Of a stretch of DNA of 64,000 nucleotides, positions 56,409 through 64,000 are shown piece after piece. The stretch is from a virus (taxonomy: Duplodnaviria > Caudoviricetes). The stretch is from positions 52,949 to 116,948 of the IMG/VR virus record IMGVR_UViG_3300020112_000942. The stretch is one strand, 5' to 3'. The notes beneath the pieces are model-generated. The model was given only the letters and a program-made list of their open reading frames with translations, had not been told where the DNA came from and ran no database searches. Position 1 is the first letter of the stretch. Each line of letters starts with the position of its first letter. The position numbers were made by a program, and so were the translations under genes.

Positions 56409-56762
56409 ATGCCTATCGAAATGAAAAAGACACATCTTATCGTCACCGACCAGTACGATGAGTATGGAATGAATTGGGTCGGCAGGCTTATCGACATTAA
56501 GCCAAAGATTGATGACCACGGTATGCTTGAATTTGCTTTTATTTCTTCTTGTGGAAGAATGGAAGTTAAGGCTTTCTTCGATATGAAATACATCACCAAG
56601 CTCGCTCAGAAGTTCACATACCCAAGAGGTAGACAGAGTGTTACAACTGACAAGTGCTGGGTATACATCAGAACTGAGGACGGCGGCGAGGCATTGATTG
56701 CAGTTGCAAAGCACGACCACATCAAAAAGTATGCACCAATGTTTGACCCCGTAGAAGTATAA
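56409..56762 (+). CDS. Hypothetical protein
   Basis: RBS AAAGGAG before ATG 56409. Confidence 0.7.
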   Translation: MPIEMKKTHLIVTDQYDEYGMNWVGRLIDIKPKIDDHGMLEFAFISSCGRMEVKAFFDMKYITKLAQKFTYPRGRQSVTTDKCWVYIRTEDGGEALIAVAKHDHIKKYAPMFDPVEV

Positions 56763-56775
56763 TGGAGGAATATAT

Positions 56776-57234
56776 ATGGTAAAGGAATTTGAATTTAAAC
56801 GTAAGCGAGAGACAATTGAGGACTGGACGAATGAAATCTATGAAGAGTGTACAATTATGTACGGCGAAGGCAGCGACAGATTTGATGAAGAATATGAGAA
56901 AAGATGCAAGGCTCTGATAGAGGAATATGATGCCGCATTGTCACAGGCTATTAAGAACGGAGAGCGAATTGGAGATGAACATATTGCGGCAATCCGTGAA
57001 TATAAAATGTGCGGCTGGACCTATGACAGTGACAAGGTTTGCTATTACGACCTTGAAAAATCTTTTGAAGCAAAGATTATGGTAGTTCAGGTTGACGGCG
57101 AATTATATGGTATTGACGGATATGAAACCCCATATCAGTCCTTTGAAGCAGAAGAGAATGTATTCCGTAAGATGAAGAAAGTTGAGAAAGTGGTTATGGA
57201 ATATGTATTTGAGGAGGAAGAATACGATGGATAA
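56776..57234 (+). CDS. Acidic hypothetical protein
   Basis: RBS GGAGG; ORF. Confidence 0.7.
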   Translation: MVKEFEFKRKRETIEDWTNEIYEECTIMYGEGSDRFDEEYEKRCKALIEEYDAALSQAIKNGERIGDEHIAAIREYKMCGWTYDSDKVCYYDLEKSFEAKIMVVQVDGELYGIDGYETPYQSFEAEENVFRKMKKVEKVVMEYVFEEEEYDG

Positions 57235-57829
57235 GACTGGCAAGATTTATCTTATAGCCGACCCTCATTTCAACCACGACAGAGACTTTATTTATAAACC
57301 TCGTGGCTTCAACAGCGTGGAAGAAATGAATGAGGCTATCATTGAAAGATGGAATAAAGTAGTAACAGAATATGATGACGTGTATGTCCTTGGGGATTTC
57401 TTCCTCGGCACAGACGAAAAATTCATCAAGGAAACCATTGACAAACTTAATGGATTTATTACCCTCATTAGAGGTAATCACGACACCGATGCGAAGATGC
57501 ACTTATATCGAAACCACGGATTTGTTTATGACACAGCAGATGCTAAGTTTCTCAAGTACAAGAAGAGAACATTCTTCTTGTCTCACTATCCAACTTTAAC
57601 ATCTGACCTGCAAACAGAACCAAGTAAGTACGTTTATAATCTGTTTGGTCATACGCACTCTAAGGATAAGTTTTATATGGGAAGACCATATATGTATAAC
57701 GTGGCGGCAGATGCACATGATTGCACACCTGTTTGCATTGATACTATCATTGCAGATATTAACGAAAAGATTAAGGAACACAAAGAGATGAGAGATGCTC
57801 TTATGAAAGGTGAAAAAATTTCATTTTAA
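57227..57829 (+). CDS. Calcineurin-like metallophosphoesterase
   Basis: ADPHFNH, LGD, RGNHD, SHYP, FGHTH all intact. Confidence 0.88.
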   Translation: MDKTGKIYLIADPHFNHDRDFIYKPRGFNSVEEMNEAIIERWNKVVTEYDDVYVLGDFFLGTDEKFIKETIDKLNGFITLIRGNHDTDAKMHLYRNHGFVYDTADAKFLKYKKRTFFLSHYPTLTSDLQTEPSKYVYNLFGHTHSKDKFYMGRPYMYNVAADAHDCTPVCIDTIIADINEKIKEHKEMRDALMKGEKISF

Positions 57830-57888
57830 AATAATTGACTTTTTTAAAATTCTGTGATATAATTATTATAGAAAGTGAGGGAAAGGAA

Positions 57889-58410
57889 ATGGAAAAAGAA
57901 TTTGTTTTTACGGGCGGTTGTTATGCTTTCCCCGAACATTTCATTGAGTTCGGGGAATCCATCGGCTATTCCAAAGACCATATGAACCTCAATATCGGCA
58001 ACGAAAGTGCAGATATCTGGTGGGACCCTCGTATGGTTGAGTACGTAAAATCCCACTTTGACTGGCGTGGCAGATTTATGAAAGGGGCAGCAAGCTACAA
58101 GTATCGTATCGGTTTTGCTGGAGCGGTTCATATTCTTAAAGCAGACACTTCTAAAAACTGGAGACTTACTCGTAAGAGGATTGACGGTATAGAAGAGATT
58201 GTGGTTGAGTATGTTGACATCCACAGAAACGATAAGGGACACGTATGGCTCGCCGCACCACTTGACATTGAAGATATGAGAAAAAGATGGCAGACTCTTG
58301 TCGAAAAAGCAACAAAGGCTGGAGATGCTGATATGGAGAAGAGATGTACAGAACTTCTTAACTCCCTTGATAAAGTAGTTGACATCGGGAAGGAAACAAT
58401 TATCGGATAA
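57889..58410 (+). CDS. Hypothetical protein
   Basis: Promoter at 57835-57863, RBS, ATG 57889. Confidence 0.7.
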   Translation: MEKEFVFTGGCYAFPEHFIEFGESIGYSKDHMNLNIGNESADIWWDPRMVEYVKSHFDWRGRFMKGAASYKYRIGFAGAVHILKADTSKNWRLTRKRIDGIEEIVVEYVDIHRNDKGHVWLAAPLDIEDMRKRWQTLVEKATKAGDADMEKRCTELLNSLDKVVDIGKETIIG

Positions 58411-58510
58411 AAAATAAAACCTTATAAATATTTGACTTTTTTTCAAAAAATATGTTATACTATTTATAGAAGCTAAGGAAAAGACAATTTGAAAGAGAGG
58501 TAAATGCCTA

Positions 58511-59407
58511 ATGGATATGAAAAAGTATGTTGACATTGAGCGTTTCAAGGAGAAGTACGCTCTTGTATTCACGAAGGGTGAGCATATCACTATCACAGAA
58601 AAGGTCGATGGTGCAAACGCATCTATCCGTTTTGATGGCGATAAGCTCGTTGCATTCTCTCGTAGGCAGATGCTTGCTGAGGGTAACACACTTCAGGGTT
58701 TCTACGACTTCGTACAGACTCTTGATGCAACCATCGTAGGTGCTGCACTTGGTACTCGCTACATCCTCTTCGGAGAGTGGCTTGTTAAGCACACAATCAA
58801 GTACCCCGATTCTGTTATGAAGCAGTTCTACGTGTTCGACGTATGGGACACTGAGACAGAGCAGTACGTACCTTGGGAGAAGACTAAGCAGATTGCGGAG
58901 TTCGTAGGTCTCAAGACTGTTCCGCTCTTCTACGATGGTCCATTCACAACTTGGGAGGACGTAACTAAACTCGTTGGTAAGACAAAGATGGGCGGCGAGC
59001 CTACTGGTGAGGGTATCGTTATCAAGTCTCAGGACAGACTTGACAACAAGTACTCTGGTACACCCGCATACGTGAAGATTGTATCCGCAGAGTTCTCTGA
59101 GGTACATATGTCCAAGCCTACAAACGTAGACCCTGAGAAGCTCGCTGCACGTCAGGCTGCACAGGAGAAGGCAGAGTCTATCGTTACAAAACGTAGGGTA
59201 GAGAAGCTCATTCAGAAGATGGTTGAGGACGGCTACATTCCAGAGGACTGGGACGAGAAGTGCCTTGGCACAATCGCAAAGCGTCTTCCAAAGGATTGCT
59301 ACGCTGACTGCGTAAAGGAGGAGCCTGAGGTAGTAGAGGGTATCGAGAACTTCGGTAAGGTATGTGCAGGTATCTGCATGAAGCTCGCACGTGAGTGTGT
59401 AAAGTAA
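58511..59407 (+). CDS. RNA ligase (Rnl2-like)
   Basis: TEKVDGAN, FGEW, FYVFDV, GEGIVIK, YVK nucleotidyltransferase motifs. Confidence 0.85.
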   Translation: MDMKKYVDIERFKEKYALVFTKGEHITITEKVDGANASIRFDGDKLVAFSRRQMLAEGNTLQGFYDFVQTLDATIVGAALGTRYILFGEWLVKHTIKYPDSVMKQFYVFDVWDTETEQYVPWEKTKQIAEFVGLKTVPLFYDGPFTTWEDVTKLVGKTKMGGEPTGEGIVIKSQDRLDNKYSGTPAYVKIVSAEFSEVHMSKPTNVDPEKLAARQAAQEKAESIVTKRRVEKLIQKMVEDGYIPEDWDEKCLGTIAKRLPKDCYADCVKEEPEVVEGIENFGKVCAGICMKLARECVK

Positions 59408-59420
59408 AGGAGGAATAATT

Positions 59421-60053
59421 ATGGGCATGAATGGTATTATGAGTGGTATGAAAGGTATGTTTGGACCTGTCGGTCCCGATATGTGTCGTCTCACGATGGA
59501 AGGCGGCATTGCAGTAAAAACTCCGAGTGGCTATAAGTCTTATAATCCTGCGACCAATTCTTTTGTGAATTGTGACAGTTTTGTGTTTGACATCGGCGAT
59601 GAAATGTTCTTTGTCATTCCTACAAACTCTGTGCAGACAGGTGACATTATCCTTGCGGGTGACGGTCCTCGTTATGTTCTCAAGGCTGAGGATAATATGC
59701 TGACTACTATCAATTATAAGACTGGCACTGTGGAGAATATGCTCCCTGAACGTCACGTCTTTATGGGTAACACATATTTCTACGGAAAGATTGTATCTAT
59801 GTTCGGCAACCTTGCTGGCGGCACTGGCACTGAAAATGTAATGAAGTATATGATGATGTCTCAGATGATGAAGGGTATGGGCGGCAAGGATTCTATGAAT
59901 CCTATGATGATGATGATGTTCATGGGCGGCACCAACCCATTTGCTGATATGTTCGGCGGCATTGGGGCAACTGCACCTACTGTCAAGGTCAAGGGCAAGC
60001 GTGCGGAATCAGGTATTCTTGATGAGGTATGTGACATTAAGGAGGGCGTATAA
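59421..60053 (+). CDS. Met/Gly-rich hypothetical protein
   Basis: MKYMMMSQMMKGMGG..MNPMMMMMFMGG; coupled to the vWA gene (TAATG). Confidence 0.8.
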   Translation: MGMNGIMSGMKGMFGPVGPDMCRLTMEGGIAVKTPSGYKSYNPATNSFVNCDSFVFDIGDEMFFVIPTNSVQTGDIILAGDGPRYVLKAEDNMLTTINYKTGTVENMLPERHVFMGNTYFYGKIVSMFGNLAGGTGTENVMKYMMMSQMMKGMGGKDSMNPMMMMMFMGGTNPFADMFGGIGATAPTVKVKGKRAESGILDEVCDIKEGV

Positions 60054-60964
60054 TGGGTAGCTGTTCTTGGAGCAATGATGAATTTAAGACCTATTCCAGA
60101 AGTATGAGCAGAGGTGTCGGTGATGACGGCACCGTTCTGCTTAGTGCACACACAAAAGCAACACAACTTTATACAGCCACAAGCCTTGACCCGATGCTCG
60201 ACCCAAAGGGCGTAATCCGTGAATGTAAGGACTGTGAGGCACACCCTCAGTCTATCCCTGTCATTCTTGCTCTTGATGTAACTGGCTCTATGGGTCGTAC
60301 TGCGGTCGAAGTCAGCAAGAATCTCGGCGTTATTATGACAGAGCTTTGTAATCTTTCTCCGAACGTGGAGTTTATGATTATGGGTATTGGCGACTTTGCA
60401 TTTGACAAGGCACCTCTGCAGGTTTCTCAGTTTGAAGCGGACGTGCGTATTGCGGAGCAGCTTGATAAGTTATACTTTGAGGGTGGCGGCGGACCAAATC
60501 CGTTTGAGTCTTACAGTGCCGCTTGGATGTTTGCGGCTAACCAGACCTCTCTCGATTGCTGGAATAGGGGCAAGAAGGGTATTATCATAACCATTGGTGA
60601 CGAGGTTCTCAACCCTCATATCGAAAGAGGAAAGTATTACGGGGTCACAGAATGTCTTGGTGATGACCGTCAAAATACGAACTACTATATTGACACACAT
60701 GATATTTATAATATGGTCAAGGATAAGTATGACCTGTACCATATTGACATCAATCATTACAGCAATGAGAGAAGTGAACGTAATCGCAAGAGTTTCGCAC
60801 AGGTAATCGGAAACGAGAATGTATCCGTCTGCACAGTAGAGCAGGCTACCCAGAGAATTGTTGCCATTATATCGGAGTATATCTATAAAGAGGATGGCAT
60901 TTACGAAGTGCCTGTCGCAGAGTCTACAGTTGAAACAGATGAGAACGGCTTTATAAGCTGGTAA
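60053..60964 (+). CDS. vWA-domain protein
   Basis: MIDAS-type ILALDVTGSM, EGGGG..ESY, ITIGDE. Confidence 0.82.
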   Translation: MGSCSWSNDEFKTYSRSMSRGVGDDGTVLLSAHTKATQLYTATSLDPMLDPKGVIRECKDCEAHPQSIPVILALDVTGSMGRTAVEVSKNLGVIMTELCNLSPNVEFMIMGIGDFAFDKAPLQVSQFEADVRIAEQLDKLYFEGGGGPNPFESYSAAWMFAANQTSLDCWNRGKKGIIITIGDEVLNPHIERGKYYGVTECLGDDRQNTNYYIDTHDIYNMVKDKYDLYHIDINHYSNERSERNRKSFAQVIGNENVSVCTVEQATQRIVAIISEYIYKEDGIYEVPVAESTVETDENGFISW

Positions 60965-60973
60965 GGAGTATAT

Positions 60974-62230
60974 ATGCATTACAAGATTGATGTTGTAATG
61001 GGGCTTAATTATGGTGACGAGGGTAAAGGTCTCGTCACCAATTGTCTTGCTGACGAAAATAGTCTCGTTATATTACCGACCAACTCTTGTCAGAGAGGTC
61101 ATACAGTAGAATATAATGGCATGAGACACGTCTTCCATCACTTTGGCTCTGGAACACTGAAGGGTGCGGCTACGTATATCGCAGCTCCTTTTATTGTCAA
61201 CCCAACTCTATTCAGAAGAGAGTGGGAAGAGCTGGCAGCTTTAGGTATTACACCCAAAGTATATGTTGAAGACGGCTGTACAGTCGGCACGCCTATGGAT
61301 ATGTTTGCCAACAGACTCATTGAAGACAGCCGAGGTAGCAATCGTCACGGTAGCGTCGGTGTAGGTGTATGGGAAACTATGAAGAGGAACTATAACTGTC
61401 TTGTTTATGGCACGAACAGTATGCTTACTTTTCAGCCTTGGCATATAGAGTCAAAGCAGAAGGTAGAAAGCACCATTGTAAATATGAGACGATATTATGC
61501 TGAGTATTTGGGAAAGAAGTTCAGCGGGGATTACACCAGACAAATTGCAGACTTCTATGGCGGCGAATATCTTATTGATAATATTGTAGAAGATTTCTAT
61601 TTTATGCTGAGCCATGTCCAACTTGTAAATCAATTTCAGAGACGTCCTCTTGTAAAAGAGTATAACCATATCATCTTCGAGCTTGGTCAAGGTCTTATGC
61701 TTAGCGAGATATATAACTATGACCCTCTTTATTCAACCCCTATGGAGACAGACTGTCATTCTGCCTTTCTATTTATCAATCGGATTTATAGTATGACTGA
61801 CGAACTGGAAATCTCTCTTGATTTTGTAACAAGACCATACGTGACTCGTCATGGTGCAGGTCCTATGGGATTTGGTATTCGTGAAACGCACCCTCAAGCA
61901 GTCGGTGTTTTCGAGAGAGATGAAACTAATCAGCCTAATCAGTATCAAGGGGATTTCAGATATGGGAGAATAACCCCAACATATATCGAGAAGATGAAGG
62001 CTAATATTTCTCGCTGTCTTGAGGGCGGCAGTTCACTTATGCAGAAGGTTAGTTTTTCAAATCGTATTGTAATTACTCACTGGAATGAATTGGAAAATGT
62101 AAATCTTGCAAGAGAACTATACTCTATCGAGGGTATTGACGGGGTATGGCTTTCTGCAAATAAAGAAACTATCTACGGAAGATATGAAACTCAAACTAAT
62201 AAAATAATTGACTTTTCTAAAAAATTATGA
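60974..62230 (+). CDS. purA: Divergent adenylosuccinate synthetase-family (PurA-like) protein
   Basis: YGDEGKG, GHTV, FHHFGSG, ELGQGLML, TRPYVTRHGAGP; substrate loops diverged. Confidence 0.8.
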   Translation: MHYKIDVVMGLNYGDEGKGLVTNCLADENSLVILPTNSCQRGHTVEYNGMRHVFHHFGSGTLKGAATYIAAPFIVNPTLFRREWEELAALGITPKVYVEDGCTVGTPMDMFANRLIEDSRGSNRHGSVGVGVWETMKRNYNCLVYGTNSMLTFQPWHIESKQKVESTIVNMRRYYAEYLGKKFSGDYTRQIADFYGGEYLIDNIVEDFYFMLSHVQLVNQFQRRPLVKEYNHIIFELGQGLMLSEIYNYDPLYSTPMETDCHSAFLFINRIYSMTDELEISLDFVTRPYVTRHGAGPMGFGIRETHPQAVGVFERDETNQPNQYQGDFRYGRITPTYIEKMKANISRCLEGGSSLMQKVSFSNRIVITHWNELENVNLARELYSIEGIDGVWLSANKETIYGRYETQTNKIIDFSKKL

Positions 62231-62264
62231 TATACTATTTATAGAAAAGTTAAGGAGGAAGCAA

Positions 62265-62789
62265 ATGGACTGGGGAGTATCATTGGAGGAGAAGCAGGTT
62301 ATGGATATCGGTAGTGGAAAAGGATACCCTTCAAGCTCCTTATCTAACTTTGCACCCCACCCTTTTGTTATTGATGGTATCGAATGTAATTCTATGGAGG
62401 GATTCTTGCAATCTCTGAAATTCGAGAGTCCCGAAATGCAAAAGGAAGTGTGCAAACTTGTAGGTAAGGCGGCGAAATTTAAGGGCAAGAATAAGAAATG
62501 GTGGATAAATCAGACTTTATACTGGCAGGGTGTACCTATTAAAAGGGAGAGTCAGGAATACCAAGACCTTCTTGATAGGGCATACAATGCATTGAGTGAG
62601 AATAAGGGCTTCCGTGAAGCACTACTCGCAAGCGGCGATGCTGTTCTTACTCATTCCATCGGTAAACGCAAGGAGCAGGAGACTGTCCTTACTGTTCGTG
62701 AGTTTTGTTCTCGATTAACTGAAATCAGAGAGCGGCTCAAGCAAGAGCTAAAAGAGAACCAAAAGAAAATGAAAAATTTGGATTTCTAA
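62265..62789 (+). CDS. NADAR family protein (T4 gp30.3-like)
   Basis: LSNFAPHPFVIDGIECNSMEGFLQSLKF...QTLYWQG...FREALLAS...LTHSIG; promoter at 62208-62236. Confidence 0.82.
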   Translation: MDWGVSLEEKQVMDIGSGKGYPSSSLSNFAPHPFVIDGIECNSMEGFLQSLKFESPEMQKEVCKLVGKAAKFKGKNKKWWINQTLYWQGVPIKRESQEYQDLLDRAYNALSENKGFREALLASGDAVLTHSIGKRKEQETVLTVREFCSRLTEIRERLKQELKENQKKMKNLDF

Positions 62790-62856
62790 ATAATTGACTT
62801 TTTATAAAAGTTATGATATAATTTTTATAGAAAGTTAAAGGAAAGGAGAAATGTGA

Positions 62857-63765
62857 ATGGCTACTATGTATATGATGGTTGGTATTGCTGGTTCTGGTAA
62901 GTCTTACGTGGCTGCTCAGATTGGTGCACCCGTTGTATCTTCTGACGCTATTCGTGAAGAGATGTACGGTGACGAGTCTATTCAGGGTGATGCTAACCGT
63001 GTCTTCAACGAAGTTCATCGTCGTATCAAGGAGTACCTTGCAAACGGCGAGGACGTTATATACGATGCTACTAACCTCTCTGCAAAGCGTAGAAAGGGTT
63101 TCCTTTCTCAGCTCCCTAAGGACGTAAGAAAGGTAGCAGTTGTAGTTGCAACTGATATCGACCTTATCCTTAAACAGAACGCTGAGCGTGAGCGTCACGT
63201 TCCTGAGGACGTCATCATGCGTATGTACCGCTCTTTCCAGTTCCCAGAGGTCTCTGAGGGCTTCGATAGGGTAGATGTAGTTGTGCATCCTGACAACAAG
63301 TCTTCCGTAGAGTCTGAGCTGAAGAAGTGTGAGTCCTTCGACCAGAAGAACCCGCACCACTCTGCAACTCTTGGCGTGCATATGGAAGAGGCAGGTCGTT
63401 ATGCTTATGAGCGTAGAGGTGAAATGCCCGACAGGGTAAGCGAGAGAATGCTTGTTGACGCAGCTCGTCTGCACGATATCGGCAAGCCAGATACTCAGAC
63501 TTTTGTAAAGCCGAACGGTGTAGTAGACACTTCTGCCCACTACTACAACCACGAGAATGTGGGAGCATATAAGCTCGCTTGTATGCGTGACCATATGGGA
63601 TACACAGAGGCTCAGTGGGCAGCTATTATCCGCTTAGTACAACACCATATGGACGGCTACTCTTTCAAGGGCGATAAGGAGTATGCAAAGTTCGGTGCTG
63701 TATATGGAGCAGATATGCAGAAGGCAATCAGGATAATTCACGATGCAGACCTTAACGCCCACTAA
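62857..63765 (+). CDS. Polynucleotide kinase (AAA_33)-HD domain fusion
   Basis: MVGIAGSGKS, SSDAIR, YDATN; PHH..LGVH, LHDIGKP, HENVG, HHM, DAD; promoter at 62794-62822. Confidence 0.85.
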   Translation: MATMYMMVGIAGSGKSYVAAQIGAPVVSSDAIREEMYGDESIQGDANRVFNEVHRRIKEYLANGEDVIYDATNLSAKRRKGFLSQLPKDVRKVAVVVATDIDLILKQNAERERHVPEDVIMRMYRSFQFPEVSEGFDRVDVVVHPDNKSSVESELKKCESFDQKNPHHSATLGVHMEEAGRYAYERRGEMPDRVSERMLVDAARLHDIGKPDTQTFVKPNGVVDTSAHYYNHENVGAYKLACMRDHMGYTEAQWAAIIRLVQHHMDGYSFKGDKEYAKFGAVYGADMQKAIRIIHDADLNAH

Positions 63766-63786
63766 GGTCTACGGAAAGGAGTCAAT

Positions 63787-63963
63787 ATGGGATTGATTGT
63801 TGCAAGAGTTGTTATCGCTATTACATTGCTCTTTGGTTCACTTGGATACCTCTCTATCTACGGAGATAAGAATGTTTCTGCTGAACGCCGCAATAAGGCG
63901 GGTTGGCTCGGTTGGTTCTGTTCCGTTTCATTCGGAGTTATTCTTATGGTAATTTTTGGATAA
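63787..63963 (+). CDS. Small two-TM membrane protein (58 aa)
   Basis: RBS AAGGAG; two hydrophobic segments; ends TAA. Confidence 0.65.
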   Translation: MGLIVARVVIAITLLFGSLGYLSIYGDKNVSAERRNKAGWLGWFCSVSFGVILMVIFG

Positions 63964-63971
63964 TTAAAATC

Positions 63972-64000
63972 TTGACTTTTTATAAAAATTATGATATAAT
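63972..64000 (+). promoter_or_regulatory. SigA-type promoter for the next gene
   Basis: TTGACT-17-TATAAT. Confidence 0.75.

Noticed and set aside
57844-63594. Long minus-strand ORFs (57844..58689, 58508..59509, 62737..63594)
   Set aside because: Antisense shadows of well-supported, codon-biased plus-strand genes.
60974-63765. PurZ / 2-aminoadenine (Z-genome) pathway
   Set aside because: The catalytic position is Asp (GDEGKG), not the PurZ Ser. The nearby HD domain is fused to a polynucleotide kinase rather than DatZ-like, and no MazZ was seen.

Overview
This 64-kb window is a segment of a large, AT-rich, probably lytic Firmicutes (Clostridia-like host) dsDNA phage genome. It almost certainly uses a reassigned genetic code in which TAG encodes an amino acid, most likely Gln (translation table 15). 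By manual reading I count about 58 in-frame TAG codons in 17 genes, and every credible gene ends in TAA or TGA. Reading TAG as sense rebuilds four 1000-1270-aa genes from the fragments at 29.8-45.7 kb. It also reveals genes the ORF track misses or truncates: an M15 peptidase, an HPr/Crh-like protein, a GIY-YIG endonuclease, an ADP-ribosylhydrolase and an SSB. The left arm (1-25.6 kb, minus strand) carries replication and nucleotide metabolism: DnaE, RecJ, primase, DnaB, PhoH, an AAA ATPase, SSB, GyrA/GyrB, an NrdH-NrdD-NrdG-ferredoxin:thioredoxin reductase operon, RNase H and DNA ligase. After a divergent promoter pair at about 25.65 kb, the plus strand carries a collagen-like fibre, GH113, a GH25 endolysin and holin, three tandem paralogous giant TAG-rich proteins, UvrD and a Cpl-7/3D lipoprotein. 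It ends in an accessory region with candidate counter-defence functions (ARH, NADAR, RNA ligase, Pnk-HD, phosphoesterases) and a Met-rich/vWA/divergent-PurA operon. I saw no tRNA, release factor, integrase or CRISPR array. All annotation is by eye from motifs; no database search was run.
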